A stretch of 64,000 nucleotides of DNA, from contig NC_087447.1 in NCBI RefSeq assembly GCF_036321535.1, positions 32,428,001 to 32,492,000 on the forward strand. The letters run 5' to 3'. The position numbers were made by a program, and so were the translations under genes. Below the pieces are notes generated by a model, which saw only the letters and a program-made list of their open reading frames with translations, was not told the origin of the DNA and ran no database searches. Of this stretch, positions 1 through 12,889 are shown piece by piece; positions within the stretch are counted from its first letter, which is position 1; every line of letters begins with the position of its first letter. Source of the stretch: Camelus dromedarius (Eukaryota).

Positions 1-2283
1 TTTGATGCTGATAGTAACTCATTATGCAGTTCGAGCTATTCATGTTTTATTTTACTAACATTTCATCTCAGGACAACAGAGATCCTTATGAAAGATTCCT
101 GCCAGAAGGGAAATAGACTTTGATATGGACTCGAAATGCACTTTACTTGTGTTTGGGTTATACACCCATTGTGGACCATCTGACTAACCTCTGTTTTCAA
201 CTGAAAATATTAAACTAGGTAAACACATGTGCTTAGATGTCTAATTATGTTGTAGACACCAAAGGAAAACAAAAAGGCATTTTCCTGTGTTTCAAACTCT
301 GTATTTGGCCAATGGAATAAATCAGCCCAGAAGGTGTTCAGTGGCAAACATGTGATTTGGACCACAAAATGCTGCTTGTTATCTCTTGATAAAAGAATAC
401 TGTGATATGGGAAATGAAGTCATTGCAATGTGCAGTGAGAGGTGCGTGAAGGAAAGAAATTGAGCTTGAACGGGAAGGTCCTATAACAGATAGTTCTCAG
501 AAAACCATTAGTGAACTGGTTCCAGTGCTTTAAAAAAAAAAAAACAAAAAAAAACAAAAGAAACAAGACAAAGGCTCCTTTTATGCCAAACATAGAAGTA
601 GAGGAAACTTAACAACTGCTTTGGTGAACCTTTGGTCAACGCCTCAAGTCTCTGGTGGGAAAGAGCTGTGAGCCCAGAAAGCAGGTTCAGGTTTCTTGGG
701 AGCACATAATAACAGACCAAATAAGGCTTTGCTTTTGCTTTTTTTGTTTTTTTTTTGTTTTGTTTTGTTTTCTCATCCAAATGCAGTTTAAAGGAGGCTT
801 GGGTTTCCTAAATTCCAGCCTTCTTGGGCAGGTCTTGATAAGATTATGTGGTCTTTTCCTGAAAGACCTCAATTATTCCTTTCATGCCTTTCCAGGCACA
901 GTATATTTTTTCCTCTGCTATCTGATTGATAAAGTTTTCTGCATACTGTTCTCTCCCTTCCCCCTGCTGCAGCTGTAGAAATGACTCAGAAATGAGACAG
1001 TAAACTGTGTTCTTTTGATAGTTTTTCTTCATTAAGAAAACTCTTCATTATGTGCCGTTCTCATGTTTGAGACTCCAAGTGATAGGAGCTGTCTCCTTAT
1101 AAGCAGTTAAGTCCTGAATTACAGTTTTCCTAGCATACTTTCCCCCAGGCCTGTTAGCTCTTTTTATGTCAAAACAACAAAAACACTTAGCTTGAAAGTG
1201 GGTGAGGTGTGAGGATGTCGAACAATAAATGGTAGTTTTTAGAGAAAGTGGTTCTTGAATTGTGTCAAAGTAGAATTCGAAGACTCAAATACCTGGTAGA
1301 ATTTGAGCAAAAAGGTGATAATGAGTGAAACTGGCCAACTGTCCAAAAACTAAATGCTCATTCCTGATGGTAATAAGCAACTGACATTAGGTCAGTGAGG
1401 ATAAGATCACAGGGAATCCTGGCAAACTATAGCGGGCGTGCTCTAGCTAAGGTCAAATACTGTTTCCTGTAGCCATGGGAGAATACTGACTCAATGGTGG
1501 TGGCCTTTCAAGGGAAACTATATATCTAGATTTTAAATATTGGCCACCATTTCATAAAAACAAATGGATGAACATGTCCAACAGAATGGGCTGACTGTCA
1601 CTGGTTCTTGACTTCAGTAGACTCACTCCTATTGCCACATTTCGCTGCCCTTCGGAACTAGAACCTTCCAGTAGCAGGCACCTTTTAGATGCCTTTCTGG
1701 TGTTGGTTTTCAGTGTACAGGTATCGTAAGTGTTTTTAGCTTCTGATTCTAACAGTTAAAAGAGCCAGCAGGGGGAACCCACAGACTGTGTGACTTAAAA
1801 CTAAAGTAATAGTTTTTTTTTTTTTTTTTAATTTATACGTAGAACAACTTTCAAAGCAATTTTGAGGACCAGCAACCAGCTTCCAGCTGTCTGGTCACCA
1901 ATTTGAGTTGTATCTTACATACCTAACCCTTGTGTTCATGTGTCTAATGAAATATTGCTATGCCAATCATCGTTTATGTAATTGGAAACATTGAATGCAA
2001 AGTCTTTTCTGGAACTTCAGTCAGCACAGGAGACGTGGCTCGAACGGTGAAAGTAAGAGTCATTCCATCATCTGGATTTGTCTGAGTGCCGCCTCAGTTG
2101 AGTGGGTGGGTGATGTGTCCTGCCATATTCATTCTGACACAAAATGATATCAACCAGTGTTTTATTATCAAAATCTTGCTATCTGTAGAGCAACGTATTA
2201 TGCAGCATGGTGTTGCAAATTTTATACTATTGATTCACTGCCCTACAAGAATGTTAGGAATGTTTAGGCTAATTCCAAAAGCT

Positions 2284-2305
2284 CACACACACACACACAC
2301 ACACA
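2284..2305. repeat. (CA)n microsatellite
   Basis: About 11 contiguous CA units read directly. Confidence 0.95.
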
Positions 2306-4639
2306 GAGCAAGAAATGGCTAGGTAAGTATGGTTTGTCCTGCAGAGAAGGCTTATGTAGGATTATTGTAAGCAAGTATTTTTTAACTTTTATTTTGTAAT
2401 GGCATATGTAAAACATGATAACATTCGTAGGCACATTGGGGAGACTTAACAGGTATAGTTGTATAAAAGATGAACAGCTCTGCTTCCCCAGGCCACATCT
2501 GGCCATGAAGAAGCCTGTGGGGATGAGTTTCTGGGCAGACTGTCAGTCCACTGGTGGCACTGCTACAGAACAGGGCAGAGTGCTATGAAACACTGGTTTG
2601 TGGGCCTCTGCTATAGGGGGGCAAAGAGAAAGGAGATAAAAATAGAGCCAACTTTGGGTATGGTTTCCTTTTCCTTTTCACTTTTTCCTAATGTTGATTT
2701 AGTTATTTCCCATTAGCATTTGTCAAAATTAAATTAAATCATTTGTCACTTTTTTTCCCCCACTTAGAGAACAGAGGATAAAATTAAAGATTTGGTTTTC
2801 CAGAAATGTTTTCCTCTTTTCCAAAGTTCTAAGAATGATGTATCTTATCTCTGGAAAAGGTGAAGTCCCTTCCCTAGTATGTGTTCATCCTGCTGCAAGA
2901 GCTGTTTTATCCTTGTTGGGCTCACTCACTTTTGGTTGCACTATTGTTGTGGAGGAAGAGAGAGATCAGCAAACGGAAAAAAGAGAAAAAGGCAACTGTT
3001 GACATTACTAGTATTTCTAAATGAAAGCCTAATGAATACCCTCTTTATGCCATCAGCCTTCATATTCATACTAGTTTTTTTTTTTTTAGTCGCTACTACT
3101 ATTTTGGAATAGGATAATATTGAATTATAATCAAACATATTGAAGTCTAAGGATAGAATTATTAGTGAGCTGAGAGGAGAATGAACATTTTCATCTTTAT
3201 GAGAAACAGCACTAAATGGCACATTGTTGCACAGTGGCTGTCCTTTGTTCCTCTCCTTCGTAACTAATCAAGTTAGATTACACCTATTAAGCAAATATGC
3301 TTTCGTGCTTTGGTCCTAGCCACAACCTTCTATAAATAAAATTAGAGTAGAAAGGTGAAGGACCTCTGTTTTCTTCAATTTGGGAAACAAAAATGTAGAA
3401 TTTTGGATTTTTAGTATTTCGCACAAGTTGCCAAGAATTCTGGTTACAGCTTAGTTTGAACTCAAAAGGATGAGATAAAGCCTCTTAGGACAAGGATAAC
3501 GTTATCATAACTGGTTTTCCTTCATTATGCCTTAGCTCTTTCACTCCTCTCCCCAAATACATCTGTGAATATGCTGTGGTGTTGAGAAGGGGTTATATTA
3601 GCTAGAAGGGACTTCAACATTGTTTCAACTTTAAAAATTATAAGATCTTTAAGAATGCTTACAGTCTGAGTTAGGTTGGACCCAAGAAGTTACTGCCAAC
3701 CCCATAAGGGTGGGGAATGCGGTAAAATGAATGTAATTTCCAATATTTTCCCAAGCAAATGGTGGGTGCCAGTCTTTAGAATACCTCCAGGAATCCAGAG
3801 CTCACAGGGTCCAGGGTAATAGGTCCTCACTGTTGTACAAAGAAACTCCTGAACAGTTTTCTGCACTCTGTTTCAAATTTTACTCAACCAAATCTCTCGC
3901 AGTGGCCCCTAAATCACTCCCTCTATGGTGTCAGTGTATTTTCATTCAGGAAGCAGGCTCTATCTCATTTACTCTCCCTTGGACTATTTGTGCCTGCTGT
4001 CCTCAAACTCCTCACTTGAAGAATTATCACTCATTTCTCTTGGGTCATCAGTCAGAACAGATTCACAGCAAGATTTTTTAACTACTGAGTCAGAGGAGAA
4101 AGCAGTCATCATAGAACTGATTGAAAAAACAAATGTAAGTATTGATTGTAAATAAATCAGAAAGCAGTAAATGAAACCTTTCCTGGGTGAGTTGAAGGCC
4201 ATTTTTGAGTCTGTGGGGAGGAAAGATGAGAGATAAGGGAGTCTCTGCTCAGCCTCTCTACCAACCCATGTAATACCTCAACCCATGAGATCCATATGTC
4301 AACAATGTGGGTATTACCTACTTTCCTCCAAATATTTTTTTTAAAACCTAGTTAAAAATTGCTAATAAAAAATGTTTTTCCATACTGATACACACACAGG
4401 TTAAAAACAAAAAACTTAAGTTTCTTTTTGTTTTGTCCTGGGAGTCTGCATGCTGAGTTATTTAGGGTATCTGTTATCTATGGCAGTTTGAAAGCCCTGA
4501 TTGGCTCTTGTTGGCATTGATTACAACAGTTGATTAAAGAAATAAAAAATTCAAGGATTTACTAGAGATGGAAAGGCTGAAAAGTTCTTCACAGTACAAT
4601 AATGTTAATAAAACAACAAGGATTTATATGGTGCACTTA

Positions 4640-5090
4640 AAGTTTTATGAATTATCTCATTTGTGCATTCCAACAGCTCCAATTAAGTGGGTACAGTAGA
4701 ATGAACACTGAACACCAAGAAAACTGAAGTCATTTTCCAAAGGTGAAGCAGATACTGCTTCTCTGACTACTACCACTACAACTTGGTACCAGCCCTCTCT
4801 GGAAGGTACTATGTTATTCCCATAGCAACGAGGTTACAAGTGTAGACTTGGGACAAAGATCGCTGGGTTTCAAATTCTGACTCTAACCCATATTAGCTGT
4901 GATCTTGGGAGTTACTTAATCTTACTCTCTATGCCTCAGTTTTCTCAGCTTTTCTCATGTCATTAAATGGGGATGAGAAAATTATCCATCTTGGGGGTTG
5001 TTGTGATGACTAGTGAGTTAACAGATGTGAAGTAGTTAGAAGAGGGCCTGGAATAGTAAGTGTTCAATAAATGTTAGCTATTATTACTAT
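4640..5090. mobile_element. MIR SINE fragments
   Basis: MIR core motifs: 'ctgggttttcaaattctgactct', 'gttacttaatcttactctctatgcctcagttttctc', 'aaatggggatga', 'taagtgttcaataaatgttagctattatta'. Confidence 0.8.
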
Positions 5091-5399
5091 TTTAGATAAG
5101 AAGATTGATTCTCAGAGCCAGGGATCTACAACACTTACATGGTAGATCCTGGACTTGGATCCAGGTCTGTGTAACAATAAAGCTCCTATCCAAACTCATC
5201 TTTTCCTATTCAGGCTTCCATATTCTTTTGACCATATGGCGCTTCTTTTTTTTTTTTTTTTTAACATTTGGAAAACCTCCTAAGGTATTTAGCACAATCC
5301 TAGATACAGTGGAAGTCCTAAAGAAGAAAAAGATATAACCGTTGTTCTTTAATGGATTGTAACCCAATTGGGCATATAAGACTAACATATAATACAATT

Positions 5400-5960
5400 A
5401 GAGGATAAGTGGATATTGTTAAGCTATCTGTTGCTGAATGTATGTAAGAGAAATTCAGAGAAAGTAGTGTCTCTTTAGTATAGGCAAGGGTGTCAAGGAA
5501 GCCTTCTTGGAGAGAATAGATATCTGATATGTATGGAGAGGTCAGAGTGTAGCCCAGGTTGGGGGACTAGCATGAGCAAAGGCATAGGGAAAACAAACTT
5601 GGTGGTTACAAGGACAGGAGGAGACTAGCCTCCTGAAATGCCATTTTTGTCTTTAAAGAAAAAAAGAAGAAAGATTAGATAGATAAGATGGGATCTAACT
5701 AAAGGGAATCTTCAACATAGGCAGAATGTGAAATGAATGTGATGGATAGTAGGGAGCCATTATAGATTATTAAATATGGGATTATATTGCTTAAAATGCT
5801 GTTTCAGAAAGACTATTCTGGCAAAAAAATAAAATAAAATAATGGAACAAATTAGAAGATCACAGCAGTAATGTAGGCATGAAATGACAAGGGCCTGGAC
5901 AGTCAGGGTGCTGACATGGAAAGAAAAGGATAAATTTAACATAGAGGACATGATTACCTA
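5400..5960 (-). mobile_element. L2 LINE fragment
   Basis: Purine-rich antisense L2 pattern, e.g. 'gtcaaggaagccttcttggag', 'gggagccattatagattatt', 'gtttcagaaagactattctggc'. Confidence 0.6.
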
Positions 5961-6049
5961 TTCAGTAGAAGGGATTAAAAAAAAAGTCAAAATGCCTGAT
6001 GTCAGAAAATGCATGTCTAAACAGAAGTGATTTGCAGTCTATTATGTTC

Positions 6050-6290
6050 AGTTTGCATGTCACTATTAAAAATGGGAGATTTTGGGTAAACAATGAATTT
6101 CCAGCTACTTTGCAAGATTTGGAAGGTCTGAAAATGCTGGTCCTGAATTTCTACAGGGCCAGTATTATTGCTGAGTAATGACAACCCACTTAAAAAGAGT
6201 TAATGTGCTCTGAACTTTATCTTATCTTCCATCTGCCACACTTTTCATACTTGTTTAGACCATATGAGCATTTGATTTTATGACCCCTGC
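6050..6290. mobile_element. hAT-Charlie MITE remnant (MER102-like)
   Basis: 'aaaaatgggagattttggg...atttccagctactttgc' and terminal 'gcatttgattttatgacccctg' resemble the recalled MER102 consensus. Confidence 0.55.
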
Positions 6291-7169
6291 TTTAGGACTT
6301 TTGGCTGCTGATGATAAAATATGAATGCTTTGTAAGAGGAATGTCTCAACCTCCATCTTTAGATCCTTCCTTCTCTCCTGCTACCATGTCTGGGATTTAT
6401 AATGCTGATCCATATTTTCAGATGTCTCAAGTATGAGAATAGGCAATAGCCATTTAAATCCATACTAACTTTACATATATTTATCGAAACAAACCTTGTA
6501 TTTTTTAATCTCATTTGATCCTAACAAATACTTCATGAGGTATTTCCCCCTTTTTCTAGATAAGGAAATGAGAGAGAGAATAAAAAGTAGACTGATTCAA
6601 GGAAAAAAATTAGCAGATCACAAAGACAGGAGGTCATAGACTTGTCATAGGGTGGAACAATTATTGAGAATTTATTTTAAATTTACTCATGAATTTACTT
6701 ATTTGATACACATTTACGAAACCTTTGCAATGTGCCAAGTATTGTGCTAATGCATATGAAACATTTTGAATGTGTCCTGGCACATAGTAAGAACTCCACA
6801 ACTGTTTGTTATTATTGTATCACATTAATCTGAGACTATGTCAAAATTTAAAAAATAACCAATGATAATGGTGTGGAAAAGATGTGACAAAGGAATACAA
6901 AATGAGTTATTGTAAAATTAAATGAGAAAATGTATGTCAAGAACCTAGCATGTTGCTTTGTATTTAGAAGACAGTTACTTTCAGCTCTGACTGAGCCACC
7001 CTCATCCTTTGGCCTACACATTTAATTAGCATATTATTATATGGAGGAAAAACAGAATACTTTAGATTTCCTGAGTGGAAGGCAACCAGTAAAGAGTGGG
7101 AAGAGTTATAGATACATTTTCATACAACTTAAATACTTCTTAACTGCTTCTTTGTTAAAGTCCTTTCAA

Positions 7170-7330
7170 AATCATAGAAAGTGATGTTAGGGGATATTTG
7201 GCTCATCTTATCAATAGTCAGTTGATGGTGTCAGACTTGGAATAACTAAGTGACTTTCTGAAGATCACAGAGCTAATTAGTGGCAAAACTGGGAATAGAA
7301 TCCAAGGCTCCTGAGTCACAAGCCATGGCC
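7170..7330 (-). mobile_element. MIR SINE fragment
   Basis: 'taagtgactttctgaagatcacagagctaattagtggcaaaactgggaatagaatccaagg' is the antisense MIR core. Confidence 0.75.
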
Positions 7331-9306
7331 TCTTCAGTTAACTCACATTTCTTAATAATGTATAAGCCAAATCCTAAATTCCCTGTCGTGCTTTAAAAAA
7401 TTTTTTTTTGCCAAAGGAAAGGAAAGGATGGGAAGTTAAAGCCTCTGTTGTACACTATCTAGAAAATTCAGCTTTGGTGACCCAAGTCCTCTAAGGACCT
7501 GGCATTTTTTACCACCTGAAATGCAGGTGTAGCCTGGAATGCTAATCTGAGCACAGACTTTTGTGTTGATGATGAGGGTGACTCACCAGTATCATTGTCT
7601 GTAGAACGTGTTCTGGGAAAGTGAAATTGTGAAGGATCACAAAAGCCTTTAATGTTTTGTCTTCACAACTGAAATTAACAAAGGTGGGAAATTCCAAACA
7701 AACTTTCCTCCATATATTCCCATTGTAGGAAAATTTTATTAAAGAAACATTTAGGGAATAATCATAGACTGAGTTTGCTCTTTAGTGCCTGCCAAGGAAA
7801 ATAAAAGAAGGAAACAATATGCTTTGACAAGACTGTTAAACATGGCAAAAGAATTAGAACTATTCTGCAAGTTTTTAGAAGGCAGACCTAGTCCTAGTGA
7901 ATTAAAGAGGCAGATCTTGCCTTACTGTAAGTAAGAACTGTCTTGTGAGCTCCCTGGCTCTAAGCACAATGCTTAGGAAACAATAGGTATCCAGTAACAT
8001 TTGCTGATTTTTGCTTCTGTATACCTGAGCTTAGCTCTGTCTTGGTGCTTTCGTCCTATCTTGCCTTTTAACTTTACTGTGCCTCAATATATACTGTAAG
8101 CTACTTGAAATTGAGGTCTTTATCTTGTTTCATTATTGTATCCATAGACCTAACACAGAACTGGTCATATATTAGAACTTGATAAATATTGTGGAAAGAA
8201 GAAGGAAAGAAAAAGAAGAGAAGGAGGCAGAAAGGAAGAAGTTACATCATAGTTATCCCAAAATGGAATTGAAGTACTTTGCAACAGAGTTTTGCAATCC
8301 TGGTTCAATAACCATTTACTGGAGCTGTTGTAGAGCTGAACTGAAATTTCTTTGGGTGATAAAATCTGCCAAGTGGTAAAATCATACACAGTGTTTGAAA
8401 AGCTATATATGTCTTTCAAGATTTCAATTATTTAGAAATTCCATTCAAAATGTGGTATTTACTTGCCTCCTAAATTGCAAAGCTGTTATTTAATTGTCAT
8501 AACATAGTTAATGAAAGCCTTGGCACTGGATTTAGATGCATCTTTGACAAACACGGCACTTTAATTCTGAAGCAGAAATGCTCCATTAGGCTTATAGTTC
8601 TGTAACTACAGGAAAATGACATTAAGTTATCCTTGCTACAAAAAAGAACACTGAATTTGGTAGAACTACTTTTAATTATGTTAAATTGAAGCAAAATTTG
8701 ATCCTGACAATCTGTAATTACATCTACATTATATCTGCCGTAAAAGATTTCTAGGAAAGTGAGTATTCTGTAATTTGTAACACAGCCATTTAGTGCATGT
8801 CTTAAACTCACTTTGAGCTCATTTCAAGGTAATGCTAAATTTCATCACAATTTCGTAAAAGAAATTCTTTTTCAGAAACACATAGAAAGTATAAGTGATG
8901 GGTGTCAGATTGTCGTCATGAGGGGATTATGACATTATGATGTCAGAGGGAGTAGGGAAGAGTAAATCTTTCACAAATGACCCCTGAGCAATGTCATTGT
9001 GTGTGGTTTCTTCCTCTGATGTACTCAGTCTGCTCTGGCTTCGCCTGGAGTGACCCAAGCCAGTTTTTGAGCAGAATATTTTGTTATACTTCACCAGGAG
9101 GTTCAGAATCAGCATACATGATTCATCACCTCTGAGAAAGATGAGCAGGCACCGTAATTCATTTGTTGCCATTCTATTCAACAGTCAGTTGATAAGTGAC
9201 CTTGTCACTCCAACTTCTTTGATTTAATGCACACATCATAATGGTGTCAGCTTTACCAAAGCTAACTCTTACGGTTGTTTATTCAGACTCATGATTTTTC
9301 TGATTT

Positions 9307-9447
9307 GAAAGAAAGGAAGGGAGGGAGGGAGACAGAGAGAGAGAAAAGAAATGAAGAGAAATGAGAAGGAGAAGAGAAAAAGGAAAAGAAGAAAGGGCAA
9401 AGAGGACAGACTAAAGCAAGAAAGAAGAAAAGAAAAGAGGAAAATGA
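9307..9447. repeat. GA-rich polypurine low-complexity tract
   Basis: ~140 bp composed almost entirely of A and G. Confidence 0.9.
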
Positions 9448-9622
9448 GATAATTTTTTAAAAACTTTTGTAAACGAAAGTACCAAAACAAAAATAGAGAG
9501 GTTAAAGTGGATGAAAGGTATGATGGATGCCATGAGGTTCTGGATTAGGATGCTTCTGGCTGCATATCCAATGAAAATGCCTAAAACAATAAAGAAAATC
9601 TATTATCTCCATAAACCTAGAG

Positions 9623-9859
9623 CAGTGGTTCACAACAAGGGGAAGTTTAGATAACAGTGTTGATACCAGTGAACACTTAGCAAATGTCTGGAGACATTTT
9701 CGCTTTTTACCATTGGGGGAAATGTGCTCATTTCATCTAGTGAGTAGAGGCCAGGGATGTTGCTAGCCATCCTATAATCCTACAATGCACAGATGAGTCC
9801 CCCACAACAAAAAATGATCCAGCTCAAAATATCCACAGTGATGAGATTGACTAATCCTG
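9623..9859 (+). mobile_element. MER20 (hAT-Charlie MITE)
   Basis: Starts 'cagtggtt'; contains 'aatgtctggagacatttt', 'catctagtgagtagaggccagggatgttgcta', 'cctacaatgcacag', 'cccccacaacaaaaaatgatccagctcaaaat'. Confidence 0.85.
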
Positions 9860-10319
9860 GCCTAAAGGTAGTAAAGTTCTAGCGTTGTTTAAATTCAGCA
9901 GCTGCATGACATTGCGCTGACGTTTCAGGGGAGTTTGCTCAAAGCAGAATTTCCTCATTGTTTCACTGAAATTTCAAAACAATTTGTTTCAAGTGACGCT
10001 CCCTGTTGATGAGTGTGTGTCCTAATTATTCACAGTGAAGCAGAGATAATCAATTACATTTAACATCCTGACTTAAGGAGTAGATTAGGTGATTTTTCAA
10101 GACTGGTCTTTTCAGAATGGAAAAAAATATATTATTTATATTATTTATAATCGAAAATTAGTGAGGACTTTTGCTTTTCTTCCCTGGAAGAGTAATCAGA
10201 GGCTTCTTTTCTATTCATTTAATTAACATTGCTTGATAGCTTTTTTAAAACCATATTTTCAGACCCAAAAAATTTGTTTTTTTAACAATTGAATGTTTGT
10301 TTCCCTTGAGACTGGGTAA

Positions 10320-10745
10320 TTTAGAGCTTTGGAGCAAAACAGATCTGGGTATGAATGTCCTTGGCTGTGTTACTTGACAGATCTGACCCTCAATTTCTGA
10401 ACTCTAAAACTGAGGATTAAACATACCTCACAAGGAGTTAGTAAAGTGAAGTAACTAAGAGCATGTATCTTAGACTCAGACAGATCTGTGTATATAATCT
10501 TAGGTCTACCACTTAGCAATCTGATCCTGGGAACTTATAAATCTAAGTTAACTCATTTGTAAATGGGCACCCTAATATGTAATAGGAATATAACTAGGGT
10601 TGCTATATAGATTACGTGCAAGCATTTGCAATGTACTCAGCACAGGGCCTGGCTTAAAAGTTTGAAGCTATCCTTATTTTCCTCACTAGCTTATTGTCAG
10701 GTAGGTAATATACAGCGCTTAGCACTTAGTAGGTGTTTGAAATAT
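10320..10745 (+). mobile_element. Nested or tandem MIR fragments
   Basis: 'agagctttggagcaaaacagatctgggtatgaat', 'catttgtaaatggg', 'gcacttagtaggtgtttga'. Confidence 0.6.
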
Positions 10746-12889
10746 TTCACTTTTCTTTCATTTTTCTTCCTTTAACTCAGGTTTTACTGTATGAAAAACC
10801 AAATAGATTTAGTGCTTCATTTTTTTTTCTTACTTTTAAAAATCTTTTGCTTCCTCCCTATTTCTCTTTCCATATTCATATTTGAATAACCAACTCTGGA
10901 AATATCTACAGGTGCTATCTTAGGGGTATCCAAATTTTCAACTTTTGGCTCTGTCTGTATATTAAATATTAAATACTGGAAAATATGCCAAAATAGTAAA
11001 AGCAGTTTTCTTGGGTTGGAGGCATTCTGGGAAACTTCTGTTTTTCCTTTGTAAATGCTTATGTTTTCTATAAAAAAAAAGTGCTAACTTAAAATATTAA
11101 AAAGGAAACATTCTTTGGAAAAGAGAGAGAGGGAGCAGGAGCAACTCTCATAGTCCACATGGGCATAACAGGTATTCAGTGTACCCTTTGGAATATAGTT
11201 TTATCTAGATTGATTTCTTGTCTAAGTCTTCTACACTTTGCACACAGTTACCTTTGAGGATAAGGAGAAACTTAGAGTCTCCTTAAAGGAATGGCTTTGC
11301 CTCATCTTCTGTAATCAGAGACCAAGGAGAGGTGGGACCAAACAGCCAGGTCCTGGCCAGGCACCAGGAACTTTGGCTGGTTTAGCAATCTGACAATATC
11401 CTGAGTGAGTGCATTACTTGTGCTGCTCTCAACCTGTGTCTGAACTCAAAGTGCCACGGTAGGTATTTGAGGCTTTTGCTATTCCAAGTTACCTTTGCAA
11501 AATATCTCCTGATGTGGGGTGGGAAATTCTAGCTTGAACTGCCATCCATTACTATACTAGACATATCATGGCTGCTGTCTGTAATGATTCCCGAGCTGTG
11601 CTATTAGAGGCAAGGTATTACTCCGCAAAGTTTATGATAGTAGTCTTGCTGAAACAAGCAAATACCCTCTATTACGTTAATGTTCTATTTAAATAACAAA
11701 TAGCTGGCCACTGGGTCTGCTTCTTCCTCTTACGTTTGTCTGGGCAGTAGGGCTTGCGTGCTGGTGAATATTTTTAGGCTCCTTCAAAGCAGCCAGAACA
11801 CCAGTTAATGCAAGATCATCCTGACAGCCCTTTTTAGATCTCGACACCTGATGCTTTTTCTGAGTGCTTTGTAAAAGCAGCGTTTATAATTTCCACCTCT
11901 GATACAGTTATATAAAAGTCTGATGCGTCTTTTCAGAAGAGAACGCTATGATAAAAAGGGAAAATTGAAGTAAATTAAGTCAGGGAGCTTTTCGAGCCAT
12001 CAGGGACGATGTTGTATACCATCATGACATTTCAACCCATAACTCGGTGCTAAAGCTTATCAATTGAGCTGATGAGCTGTGTCTGCATGAAAGTAAGGGT
12101 TCAGGCTAGTCAAATACCTTTCTAAGCTGCTTGCCTTATCACAGTCTACTTGTCCAAGCACCTAATCAAGCACATTTATTCCTGTGCTTGCAGTAAAAAT
12201 GGAAATATCAATGGAGAGCAATTGGTTATTAGAATTTGCTCAGTGTTGAGCAGGAAACCTTGCAGAAATCTTAAGCTTCATTTGTTCACACAGTCATAAA
12301 AGCTCTGTCCTTTAGCAAGCTCCTTCATAAGTGGAAGCCTTTTTCCCCAAAACACCAATAGGTTCTCTCTTCATGTGGTTGTGGAAAGAAGGATTACCTT
12401 AAATGGATACATGAAAAATATTATAACGCATAAATTATTTGTTAATGTGATTACTGTGCTCTAAGGGTGTTTAGTAACTTTGTTTTTGTCTCTGAATGTC
12501 CTTCCCAGCTATATTCACTAGGGGAAATATTTCTATGACCTTGGATTGAAACTTGCACATTTCCTATGTCTTTACTCCTTACATTCATAATGAATAGATT
12601 TATGACTCCTTGAAGTTGTAAATGTAGCTTTAATTTAGAGATTAGATGGTCCAGTCTAAGATATTAATGAAGAATTTCAATCTTCATTCAAAGGTAAGAC
12701 TCCACCCTCACCTGCCCATGCCCCTAAAGCCTAGTAGACTTCAGGAATGGAGGTGCGGTCAGGTTTTGCTCCTTTATTCCACTCACTTTTTTGATCTTTT
12801 ACACAACAATGGAAGGGGTAGGAAGTGGTGTTAAGGGCATAAGCAAGTTGGTACCTTGTGTGAAATCACATTTACAATAACGAATCCTA

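Noticed and set aside
508..978. Lys-rich and Phe-rich ORFs
   Set aside because: Translations of polyA/polyT tracts; the same applies to the ORFs at 5105-5397, 9269-9490 and 58150-58344.
844..1032. Minus-strand ORF with protein-like composition (EQYAENFINQIAEEKIY...)
   Set aside because: 62 aa, no recognised homologue, no convincing exon structure; stops follow in frame.
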